A stretch of DNA of 64,000 nucleotides from Chlorokybus atmophyticus. Lineage: Eukaryota > Plantae > Mesostigma and Chlorokybus algae. Shown here in pieces: positions 26,440-40,879 of this stretch. The stretch's first letter is position 1, and each line of letters starts with the position of its first letter. The position numbers and the translations under genes are program-made. The notes beneath the pieces are model-generated. The model was not told where the DNA came from. It saw only the letters and a list, made by a program, of their open reading frames with translations, and made no database searches. The stretch is from positions 202,772 to 266,771 of the forward strand of contig RHPI01002368.1 in assembly GCA_009103225.1 (NCBI GenBank). Reading direction: 5' to 3'.

Positions 26440-29400
26440 TCACAACTTGGCCTGCACCACGCGGCGTCGGGTGGCATTTGACATGGGAATATCACTCATG
26501 GCATCTGCGTTCTTGCCCTGCTGAGCGCCGCTGCGGGAGTCCATTGGCGCATAATCTCGAAGCCACTCGCCAGTGTACCACTGCAGCACAGTGTTTTCAG
26601 TGCTATGCCAACACAAATCCCGTCTGCATATTGTATACACACCTCATCAACATCAACAACACTACCTGCTGCGGGCGCACGATCTTCGTGTCAGGGTCAT
26701 CTAGGGACTCACGCCAGTGGGCCAAGTAGCCAGCGGCACGTGGGATGGCAAAGAGGACTGGGAAGAAGTCTGTGGGGAAGCCCAGCGCCCTGTATATGAG
26801 CCCGCTGTAAAAGTCGACGTTGGGGTAGAGCTTGCGGGAGACGAAGAACTCGTCTTGCAGGGCAGTCTTCTCCAACACCTGTGCCACCTATGGAACAGCC
26901 AGTGCTTCAGAACTGTCACCACTTGCATATGAAGACTGCAACACTAAATCAAGACACTTTGTGCATGCTACCGCAAGTGTGACGCAATGGCTGCATCGCA
27001 TTGCAACTACTTTTGCAATACGATGGTAACATTTTCGAGTGAGCACAACACACCTCAATGAGAGGGTCGCGGCCTACAATCGAAAACACTTCCTCAGCGA
27101 GCTTCTTGATAATCTTTGCGCGGGGGTCGTAGTTTTTGTACACTCTGTGCCCGAAACCACTCATCTTCCGACGGCGTTGCTTGACACCCTCCACAAAATC
27201 AGGCACGTTGTCCACCGTCTTGATCTCTTCCAGCATTCTCAGAACTGCCTGCACAGAAACGAACATTTTCAACCTTTTTCTGGTAAGCTTCATTTGCGCT
27301 ATACCGCGGACGCAGTTACCAATCAATAACTAGCAAATGCCAGCACTGGCTTGTGCTTCATTACCTCATTTGCACCACCATGCAGGGGGCCGTACAGTGC
27401 GCCCGTCGCACCAGCCACCGCAGAATACACGTCCACCCCACTGCACACCAGCAACTATGAACACACCTGTCATACACAATGATATACGCACCAAAGTATT
27501 GACCATAGGTACCTTGATGCCAGGTGCCTTGCCGCAGCAGTCGAGCAGTTCATCTCATGATCTGCATGAAGGATGAACATGATGTCGAGCACTTGAGCCA
27601 GTCGTGGGTGCGGCTTGTAGTTCAGCTGGCCCCTGTTGGAGTTACGGTTCAGCATGCAAGCTGACTGACTACTATATTAAGTTAAAACTACAAAACATGG
27701 AGTCATGTCACTCATTGCAGTATGGACAAGCTGATCGCCAGCAACGAGCGCACAACTACTCACATGGCATCCAGCATGTACAAGAAGTTTTCGCTGTAGG
27801 ACAGGCGCGAAGAAGGGAAGGTTGGCAATTGGCCTGTTCGCCGGTGGTATGCGTGTGCAGCAATGGCTGGAATCTGCAAGACATCAGTCATGTTGTAGTG
27901 TTTAAGCAGTCCCTCATGGGAACAACAGGACTGTTTACTTAACCTTCCAATAACGCAGAACAATGCCATGCATAACTCACTGCAGTGCAATGTCAACAGT
28001 CCAAGCAACATCAGCACACCAATTCAACAGATAAATTGCAACAAGTCGACCTTTGCAAGGCTTATTCTTAACAAAACCTGTGCCGGTGACCCAGTAACCA
28101 AACAGAGCACGGCATTGCAGCAGTGAGTGTAATGTGCTTTGGTAAAACACATGCATGTTTCGCTCACTGAGTCGAGTAGTGCACGACCACACGAGGGACG
28201 TAACACAAACGTGCATTGATTGCCTCACCTTGGCGATGATGCGTACAATCTGTTTGTCGCGGACTTTCTTGTCGTCATAAATGCCCTGCCCCACAAGAGC
28301 AGGGTTCGCGTCTGGGTGCACTGTTGAGAGGGCATTTATCCCCACAATGAGTGCGCCCATGGGATGCGTGTCATGTGGAAGCGCCTCAATTGCATCCTGC
28401 AAAACGGCCCGCAATCAGGGTCAACAACAGCTTGCCTGACTCAACTTCAGTTTGTTCCCACGCCACAGCCCAATGCCAGCACCACACAACAACTTACAAA
28501 CATTCTCACACCAGATTTACCTAAACCTTGCAATACCATGCGTATCGTTTTATTCATATCATCGCTCATGCGTACTACCATGTCTGTGCTTAGTGGTGGA
28601 CGGGCAACTCACTGCAACAAATGTGGGCAGCTGCGAGTGGCGAGCGATAGCGTCCTCCCATTTCTGCAGCTGGCCAGCAGTTGGCAATGAACCATACACT
28701 GCACACCAAAAACCAATTTAGTTGACACTGTGTTGACCAATGGGATTTAACAGCACACACCTCAATCTGCAACTAGTAAGATAGACAACTTGGTGTCACT
28801 TTTGCACTGATACCACAACCCAAGGCAATACAATCCACATGCACGCAAGGTTGACTTGTGCTTGCTGAGGCGAACATAGGTCAACCCGTACTCACTCAAT
28901 AGGTATGCAGTCTCCAGGTACGTTGACTTCTCCGCCAGCTGCTCAATGGGATAACCGCGGTATCGCAGTATGCCCTTGTCGCCATCAATGTAGGAGATGG
29001 CGCTGCAGACATGCCAACAGTGGGCCTAACTACGTCACTGCAACTGTCAACAGAGCGCATTGCATACAGGCAAGTGCCTGTACATCCATTGCACGAACCT
29101 GCGGCATGCGGCAGTGTTCATGTAACCAGGATCGAACAAACGCAACCCGACACCATCACCGCCCGCCACAATCTGCCAATGCAATATTAAGAGATGATAA
29201 CCAATGTTGATCCATTCAATGATCGTGCCACCAGCGCCAGTAGAGAAGTAGTGATACACGTAAACGCTTCGTGCATGCACAAGGCCGGCATCTCAGACTG
29301 TCCTTGCATGCACTGTGCTTTACCCGTTTTACAACAGATTCAATCAACGACCAAGTTGAAGTTACCGATGTGTACAGACAGTAATATGAGTTGTTGAGAG

Positions 29401-29746
29401 CCCACAAACACATAAGACACGAACAAGTTAGTTGACAACAAATGCCAGCACAAATGCGGCAGCACCCACGGAAACGAACAATGTAACGGCAGTGCGGCAG
29501 AAGCGGAGATCCGCCTCCTTAACTACGCAAACGCAAGTCGCTGCGCAAGCCTATCGTCTCAACGCTCACCTGCTTGAAGTCAGTGGCTCTAACGCATCCG
29601 CCTTCAGTGATTTCCAACTTATACTCCTTACCGGTGCGGTCGTCCCGCACCGTGATGGTGCCCTTGCCGCCGCTGGCAGCAGGCCTTTGCCGCTCTGCAG
29701 CAGAAGAGGCGGCGGACACCGGCTCCGCCTGCACTCCCCTCTCCAT
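26440..29746 (-). CDS. CSY: Peroxisomal/glyoxysomal-type citrate synthase, 11 exons, 491 aa, C-terminal PTS1 (AKL)
   Basis: Exons 29570-29746, 29099-29172, 28896-29002, 28613-28698, 28229-28396, 27764-27873, 27513-27632, 27365-27440, 27054-27248, 26666-26887 and 26440-26580 join in phase (1476 nt). Catalytic motifs [17 protein letters not shown] and YPNVDF, plus DPGY and [10 protein letters not shown], match the plant CSY family. Confidence 0.95.
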
Positions 29747-31924
29747 GACGCTCAAAACGTACCCACAATGCCCACGTCCTCTACCAACTTTTACTCTGCC
29801 TCCACCTCCACCTCCGCCGCCGCCGCCGCCGCCGCCGCCGCTTGCTCGCTAGTGCCACTAACAGCGACGTATGCAGCTGATCTGACCGAGGTTGTACGTC
29901 GTTACCAAACAGAGGCTGAACCGATTATCGGCTAACTAACAGGGACGTTTGTGCATCAAACGCGGTTAGAGGCTGTGTTACCAAGGGTGGCACGGTTAGA
30001 AAGACGGGCTTCTGGTTATGGTGGTTTCGTGCTTATCTAGGTTGGTCGAGCTGATCCTTAAATTGGTCCGCCACGTCGGAGTCGCGCTGAGCCCGACCTT
30101 TCCACGTCGGCTGATCAGCAGTTCAGTCGCCAACTTGACGCAGGGTAGTTTCATTCCCATGAACGACGGAAGATGACTCGGGCGTTAGGCTAAGTTGAGA
30201 GAGCAGATCAGTAGTAGTGGCATGCGCACTTTAAGGCAGCAACGTTTCGCCAGATACGGGCATACATGAGCAAGTGTTAAGAAGCGCACTCTGTGTTATG
30301 CGAAGGCATTCAGTGTGAGTACGCGCATTGCTTCGGGTAGGCGAGCACCACAACCGGGCATTGTACAAGTTAAGCTGCTTAACTCTGAATGAAGCATGGG
30401 CGGCTTAGCCGATAGCAAGCTGCGGCGGCGGTGACGGTGTGCAGCTTGGCAACAACTTAGGTGAGGTACTGCATAAAGTTTCAGCCATTGAAGCATAGCT
30501 GTTGCGCCAAGCAGATCCAAACCAGAACACACAGTCACGCCGGCAATGTGTGTTGTGCATGTTGGTGTTGTCTTGCTTCAATGCAGACTGTTCAAGGACT
30601 GTTTGAACTCGTGCGAGGTGAAGCGGCTTTTGTCCAACTGATCAACTACAACTATCATACTACCTCTGTTCATAACGCTGCTCTGCTCCTGTTTATTTGC
30701 GGGTTAACGCATGCTTGAGTCAGTTGAGCAGTAACACCTACGACACTGATCTCCCCAACCCTGCTACTGCCAGATAAGCATGCAAGTAGCAGCAATTCCA
30801 CTGCACCACTTATAACGCTTGAGCAAGCGCTGTAGACTGTTGCTACAACAGTTCGTCACTCTGCATTGCACAACAAGGTAGATGTCAATGATAGCGAACA
30901 GGACAGTTGGTGCCAATGGTTTACTACTGGGCCGAATGCCAATAGCATGGCTTCTGGATGCACATAACACCGCATTTCAAACATACAAGCCTTCAAGGCA
31001 AGTTGTTGACCAGTGGTCAGTGAGCAAACCCCAGCTGTCACAGTTGCACCTGAGAACAAAGTGCATGTTGTAACTGATGATGGCAAGACCATCGTTATTG
31101 CCAGCTTGATGACGACCTGGCAGAGGCAAACGAATGTAGCTGCTCAGCCAGTAGTAGGTGCATGTGCGATGCTGGGCCAGCTTACCTTACAGTTTCTGCT
31201 TCCCCAGAAAGTAAGTTAGTGCTGATACCAACTTCAAGACTTGCTTGGTACAAGTACGATGCCAGCAGGTGGGTGCCCAAACTTCTCAACCGGTGGCGCA
31301 CTGAGCATCAATGCAGTGTCGCAGGCAGCTTGCTGTTGCAGCTGCTGCTTTCTCTTATTGCTCTCTATTGAGCACCACTACCAAGTCGTGAGTTCACAGT
31401 CCCGCTGTCTGTCAACAGCATACAATGGTTGATGTTGAGTTGATAAGCTGCGTGAGATTGCTTGCACAGGGCTGTGCTTGAAGTTTGCGATTGCTACAAG
31501 CCTCTGCTGCGCATGGGCTTGCCCCCTTTAAGGTGTGCTGCACAGCGTTGTAAGTCACCGACAGTCTGCGAGCAGCATATACTCCAACGGCTCTGCTTCC
31601 TCAAGCTCAGTTGTCTATCCCAATGCCACATATATTCAACATTTGGCAGACACTTTTGCCTAGAGCAAGTTAGGCGAGGTGCGTACAGGCTGGTTTGCAC
31701 TCAAGGCATTGACATGCACAGCTGCGCACTGCAAGCTAGGAGGTGACAAGGAGGTGACAGTTGTTGTTCGTGGACATCATGCATTGTGAGCTGGTCATTG
31801 TGCACAGACAAGTACAGCCTAAGAGCATACGGTAGTCAATCGTGGAAAGGCCGCATTCAGGCGGCAATAATTGGTAGCACCACACATGTGCGTGCGATGC
31901 ATACAAACTCTCACAATGTCAGGC

Positions 31925-34778
<2,854 letters not shown>

Positions 34779-37700
34779 CTTGCCGCTGATGGGAAACAAA
34801 TCCAAATTACTAGAGATCTAAGCGCTTGCTGTTGCCGCCACTCCACGCGCTTGCTCTCGCATGCAGTAATCCGCCGCCGCGTTGCCTGCGCTCCACCAAT
34901 TGCAAGTGTCTAACACTTTGCCGCTCAAGCTGCTTGCATGAAGGTATTTATACACGAGGCTTTCAAAATTGGTATTGGCCTCGTCACTGTGCGTACCATG
35001 CAGGTACTTCCGCAGGAATACGGTGGCAGCAGTACACGTGCATGTTGCCATCACTGTGCTGCATGCAAGCGCTCATGCACTTGAGTGTTGGTACGCCTTA
35101 AGTTGTCATACATTGGAAGGCTGGTGGGATTACCTCATCAGAACGGTACCACAAGCCTCGTCTCTGTAGGTACGATTGCTCGTACCAACTCCAATACGGA
35201 GCAGTACAGGCTTGCTCATCTCAGCACCTGTCACCTTGAAGTGCTGAGTTATAAGGCCCTGAGACTGTCAGGTTGCGACCACGCAATGGGTTAATTGCTA
35301 TTGCGCGCACAAGGTTACCAGGATTAGTTTATCATGGCGTAGCATGGAGACTATCCCAATAAGCCGTACATTTTACGAAAAATCTTTACTTTTCCTTTCT
35401 TAGTATCGCTTCGGTGGTATCATCGCCCATAGTCGAAGAACACGCCACGTGTGCCTGACCCGCGGCGCCTGTTCCATCGACGGCGCCGCATTATGTGGCG
35501 TTTGCGGGTATATCAACGGCAACATAAACACTACATAGAACGGTGCAATCAATGTACCCATGCTCACCGCAAGCGCCCAGCCGCTGGATCCGACGGGCTC
35601 GTAGCGCTTCTCATAACGCGCGGTTGTTAGATCGAACGCTCACCGCGCGTCGTAAACGCGTTGCGTAGCCTTGTGCGTAGCGTTGTTAATGAATTGCGGT
35701 GCGCCGTGTCTTGTCATTGGTGAGTGGTGGCGTAACTTAATAAATAGATTACCGCGGACTAGAAGTTGTTGCATAATTAAGGGGCTTTCCCATGCCTCCC
35801 CCCTAAATCCAACGGGATATCCTTGCGCCACGCCACGCCACGCGTAACACTGCATTGTAGTTGGTAAACGCATTTGGGCATTAAGCGGCCTTAAACAATA
35901 GGTATGCGCGAAAAGTCGTTGCATACCGTAATGGTATTAACTACTCGTCATGAAGGATTATCCTACCAGGGTATGGGACATGCTTGAATGGCATGCGGCT
36001 CCTCCTATGGCAGCGACTTTTGCTGCCATAGCATAGTGGTTAAAACGCCGATGCTTTCCACAATGGTAACGAGGCTGAGCGACACAGCTTTGAATCCCAT
36101 GGGGGATAAAATTGTTAATTGTTGTGAAATTGATTAAAGGCAAATAATTGCAAATTAATGACTAAAAGCGCCGCGCGAGCTCACCAACCTCTTGAAGCGG
36201 CGGTAATTTATTACCTACGACCGTCTGAGCGGTTGCAAGCTTGCTCAAAGATTGGATGTCGGCGCGCAGTGACGAGGTTTCAACCGTATGAAGACGGGGA
36301 CGTCGGTCAGGCGACATGCACGTTGCGGGTAGGTCGCGACGAGCTCGTTAGGTGACATGGGTAAGTCGCCGTGTTTGGTTCATGCACGGCGATCTCCGCT
36401 GGTATTGAGTTGGGAGGAATGTCATACCATGGTATGGGACATGGTTAAATGGCATGTGGCTCCTCCCATAGCAGCGGCTTTTGCTGCCGTAGCCTGGTTA
36501 AGGCGCCAATGTTCACATTATTAAACCTTCAATTTGTTTTTGTCACAAGCCCCATCAGCCCCCCATCCGCCCGCAAACACTATGCATGCTTCGTCACTAT
36601 TGCGGCAAACGCCGCTTCAAATGTACAGTTTAATATACTTTGTATCGTTTCATAATAAAATGTAAAGGGATATAGATCGTTATCATGCTAAAACCCTAAC
36701 GGCGAGTTTGTCAAATCTCGCCGCCACTGCTTGGCAATTGGTTTCTGTTTTCGTCTCTTCCCCTTTGCAAATTATTTCAATGACAAGTAGTTCATACCAT
36801 TACGGTAATCAAGGGGCTTTTCCAAGCCTCGCCCCTTGATCTAATGCCGTTTCCTTGCGCACACGCCACGCGCGGCACAGCATTGACGTCATCAAACGCA
36901 TTAGAGTTGAGCAACGTATGATAATCAAAAACCGGTGCTGATGACCGGCGCGCAATCAAATTCGGTCAAACGGCCAATGCAAATAGCAGGCCACCCGAGC
37001 CACCGTGCTCGTTAGCGACGTGGCTTGCGGTGAGCATCACATTGGTTACCGCTAACCAGCAGTGATAATGGCATGTGTTTATGCTCAACGCAAGTTGTCC
37101 AGCCCGTTTTTTCGACGCTCCAAAGCGCTTCTCGCGTTGCGTGAATCGCGATTGGACGGTCAATGTGAATTGTGGAGGAGGAGGAGAGGGCGGGAAGTGC
37201 ACGTGGAGGGCGAGAAAGAGAACCGTCCCGCGTCGAGCAAATAACGAGTCATCAGTCACAATCGCTGACTGTCGTGACTGGTGTGACATGCGCGATACGC
37301 GACTTGTAACCCGCGACGCGCGACACTAATTCTTGCATTACGTGAGTTGCAATCGTACGCTTGTTGCGCGGCGTTAATCGCGCGTCGTGATTCGCAACAG
37401 TGACGCGTTCTTATCAATAGATGATATCGGTGACTAAAAGTCGCTGCAAGAATAAGGCACCTATATGCACGAGGCATGGGACTTCCCTTGCCTCGCGCAT
37501 ATATCTCACGGTAGACTGTGCCACGCCTTGTCACACAATGCATGTTAGCCGTCGATGGTAGTTAGCCCCGGTAATAATGAGACCCGCGAAAAACTGAAAA
37601 TTCAAGCCAAACGGCCTGAATGCTTATTGATGTTGGCCAAAATCGGTTGATTCACGTGCTATATGGATAAACTTCAACGATCAAGCGTGAAGTATGTCCC

Positions 37701-38330
37701 ATCCTTGCCGAAATGAATTACAACATTCACCCACTCGTGAACTAAATGTTCATTGCCGTTAGCGCGTGCAGTCAACAAATTGCACATTCATGGCGTATGC
37801 CGTTAATGTGCACTTTTTGCCATGAATGCTTACATCATTGCTAAACGACGGGAGGCATGTCACATGACAACCTTGAACGGCTGCTAATTCCTAACGAGTG
37901 CCCATGAATAATCAAGGGCAACATTGCCGCCAAGGCAAATTGCACGTTTAGGCCAGTCTCTGGCCTAAGTGGTTGGGCCTGGTCTAGCGGCAATGGTGGC
38001 CGGGTGCAGCCCGGCCGGCGCACCAGGCCAAGCGCTTAGCCTGGTCGTGTTAGCCTGGTGGCGTGTAGGCGTCACGGCAACGTGGCCTTGCCACGCAAAG
38101 TAGGCCACGCCAGCCTGTCTGGCATGCGTGGCCTGACCGCCGGACCACCGGCTGCTTTGACGGCGCTTGGCCTGGCCTGCTGCAGGTCTGGACTCCAGCT
38201 GGCCGCTTTGCTGGCGGAGACAAACCTTTGTCTCCGTTCACGACACGAGGCTGAGGGTGAGGGCTTGAGAGGACGAAGTTAAGGGGGAAGTGGGAGAGCG
38301 AGCTTGCTGGAGGCAGGGTGGTGCTGCGCA

Positions 38331-38334
38331 GCTC

Positions 38335-38404
<70 letters not shown>
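38331..38404. repeat. (CT)n microsatellite
   Basis: Directly visible. Confidence 0.95.
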
Positions 38405-38406
<2 letters not shown>

Positions 38407-38928
38407 CACTCCTCGTGCTCCACTAGACCAGCACTCCCTTCATCACTCTTTCTAAGTGTGTGAGATGCTCTCACAAAGGCAGCCACACACTGTCACTAAA
38501 GCGTTTCATACACACACATTGGCATTCGCATGCTGTGTACGCACGCGCTACAGCCTCTGCACGTTTTGCCTTGCTGTGCTTGCATCAACTGCTGATTGCT
38601 GCTACTGCCCATTGGCCTAGCGTTGCCTTGGCTCTGTGCATTTGATAGCTTGCCGCTACTACTTACTACTGCATGCGCCCTAGCACTAGTTTGGCTGCTT
38701 ACGTGCTCACTACTACCGCTGTGTGGAACTGCATTGCATACAGAGTCACCTCATTATTTTTGCGTGGGCTGCTTGCTAGCTAGCCTTGTGGTGTGAAGTG
38801 CATGCTACGCTTGCTTGCACGCGTACACAAGCACACGCATGCATGCATCACATCATATGTATTCATCTATATCACCATTACTAAACCACTTTATATATAC
38901 AAACTCTCGATATGACGCCGTCTTACGA

Positions 38929-38970
38929 GGCCCATAAAGGGCGAGCTCATTTGCTCGCCCTTTATGGGCC
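38929..38970. repeat. Perfect 18-bp inverted repeat with 6-nt loop
   Basis: GGCCCATAAAGGGCGAGC-TCATTT-GCTCGCCCTTTATGGGCC. Confidence 0.95.
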
Positions 38971-39215
38971 GGCCCCGCAACACCCTAAGGCCGTCGGTTG
39001 GCCTTGTGCCGCCGCTCCGCCCCCACTACCGCCACCTTTGCCTCCGTAGCCGCTTCCACCACTCCCATTACACCTCACACACACCGCCGCCGCCGCCGTC
39101 AACGACAACGACCCCACCGCCAGCAAAGCGATGATGGCGGCAGTGGTAGGGTTTTGCCGCCCCGAAGGCAATAACAATATTGATAGGTAACAGATTGCAC
39201 GGGGACGCTTGCTGT

Positions 39216-39287
39216 GTCCGCGTAGTCTAGTTGTTAAGTATGTGTCTGCCATGTTAAAGGTTTTGTGTTCGATTCCCGCCTACTCCA
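39216..39287 (+). pseudogene. tRNA-derived sequence, most similar to tRNA-Gly(GCC); not a functional tRNA
   Basis: A-box-like TAGTCTAGTTG, CTGCCAT anticodon loop and B-box GTTCGATTCCC at tRNA spacing (72 nt); acceptor, anticodon and T stems do not pair. Confidence 0.6.
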
Positions 39288-40460
39288 TCCGGTTGCATGA
39301 ACCGTCCTGTTGACGTTGCCATTGTCTCAAAGCTGTGAACATCACACCTGTTTTGCTTTTTTTTGTCAATGTTCTCGTGCGTGAACATTCATGCTCAAAA
39401 AGCGTAACTGTTCACGGCCAAATGTTGCATGTGAATGATTTTTGCTTTTTTCAATGTTCGTGCGTGAACATTCATGCTAAAAAGGCGTAAATGTCGACGG
39501 CCAGATGTTGCGTGTGCATGGTCAACAATTTAGAGTGACCGTGGTTCACGGTCAAATCAAATGAATGTTTAATACACACTTCTTTGAAGAACGTGAATGT
39601 TTTTGTGCTCTAATGGAGTCGTTAGCAGCCCCATAATCCTAAATGCAATGCACATTCGTTAAGAAATGACCTAATATTACTATTACTATTCACATACAAT
39701 TTGGGTGAATGTTCAGGATTGGGGGGGTCTAAAAAGTACCATGTAGCGTCCCTGATTAATAAATGCGCGTGATGAAAAGTTCCTGCAATATTAAGACACT
39801 TTCCCATGCCTCACCCATGAATCTCACAATGGATATTGTGCCACATCTTATTATGTAATGTATGATATAGCCGTGGATGAAAGTTAGCGTCCCTAATCAG
39901 TAGATGAACGCGTTACTAAAAGTCGTTGCCAAATAAAGGCAACTATCCATACCTCGCCTGGATATCTTACATTCAATATTTTGCCACGCCCTGCCATGTA
40001 TTGTATATCATCCGTTAATCGTGATTTGGCCGTTAAACGTTATCAAGCAATAGATGTGCGCATAACCAAAAGTTTTTGCATAATTACGGCACCTTCGTGC
40101 GTGCCGCCCATATATATCTTACGATCATCTTGACGCCTTGTTTGTTGCATAACAATTGGCCTATAAGCAGCCCTTATTACTATATGACACTCAATCATAC
40201 ATGTATTCATGTATGTTGCTAATAACACATAAATATATGCATATACATACATGTACATAAGTATTCAATGTCGCATGTGCCTCTCGCATAGCAAATTTGG
40301 ATGGTTGCATTAATAATGTATATATCACGTGAATATCCCTTTTCAAAAACTAACGCTAAAGATATTGCACAATTGTAGGTTGTATACGTAGCACACACAT
40401 ATATAAGCAATTAGAGAACAATGCATTTATATAAGCATTATATAAGACAACATATGAGTG

Positions 40461-40465
<5 letters not shown>

Positions 40466-40536
<71 letters not shown>
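40466..40536. repeat. (GA)n microsatellite
   Basis: Directly visible. Confidence 0.95.
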
Positions 40537-40538
<2 letters not shown>

Positions 40539-40589
40539 TTGTTATTTTTGCAAATAAATATGTAATGCTTATACGTGTTCATATGGGGC

Positions 40590-40760
40590 CTTCAGGCTGT
40601 GCCAGTACTGGCACCTGCCTTTTCGGGTTCGACCCAACAAGGCTTAAAACTGGCACAAAACAGTTTGCGCCAGTAATGAATTATAATTCACTAACTGGTT
40701 GCTGGCACAAGCGGTTGTGCCGGTACTGGCACACTTAATTGTTGTGTCAGCGCCGATATA
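40590..40760. repeat. Short element with clustered TGCCAGT/ACTGGCA palindromic motifs
   Basis: 16-bp palindrome GTGCCAGTACTGGCAC at 40599-40614 and a near-palindrome at 40716-40733; the same 14-bp palindrome recurs at 56800-56813. Confidence 0.6.
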
Positions 40761-40879
40761 ACAAAATTATGCCATGTCACGGGAATGATCCTCGGCACGC
40801 ACTTCTCCCTCGCACCCCTTGTGCGCTCACATCAGCAGCAGCATCGGTCAAACCAAATCACCAGGTGTCGGACAGCATG

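Larger units (their letters stand above)
37567..39743. mobile_element. Non-autonomous TIR-type element (~2.18 kb) with 4-bp TAGC target duplication
   Basis: TAGC at 37563-37566 and 39744-39747; removing the element restores GTTAGCGTCCCT, as in the uninterrupted module at ~39883. Imperfect TIRs (GGTA...AGACCC...CTGAA.ATTC) at 37570-37603 and 39707-39740; subterminal GTGAAC/GTTCAC and CATGAATG repeats in inverted orientation. Confidence 0.65.
35770..40040 (+). repeat. Dispersed/tandem ~130-bp repeat module, five diverged copies
   Basis: Core (GG)C T(T/A)TCC(C)ATGCCTC followed by ...GCCACGCC at ~35781, 36813, 37478, 39797 and 39941. Copies at 39770-39900 and 39905-40040 are tandem. Confidence 0.65.

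Noticed and set aside
26440-29746. Bacterial origin or contamination suggested by the bacterial-type citrate synthase
   Set aside because: The gene has ten spliceosomal introns in consistent phase and matches the plant peroxisomal CSY family.
31013-31219. KVHVVTDDGKTIV resembling an Sm/LSm motif
   Set aside because: Only a short match, no second Sm motif, and not preserved in the duplicated copy near 59350-59500.
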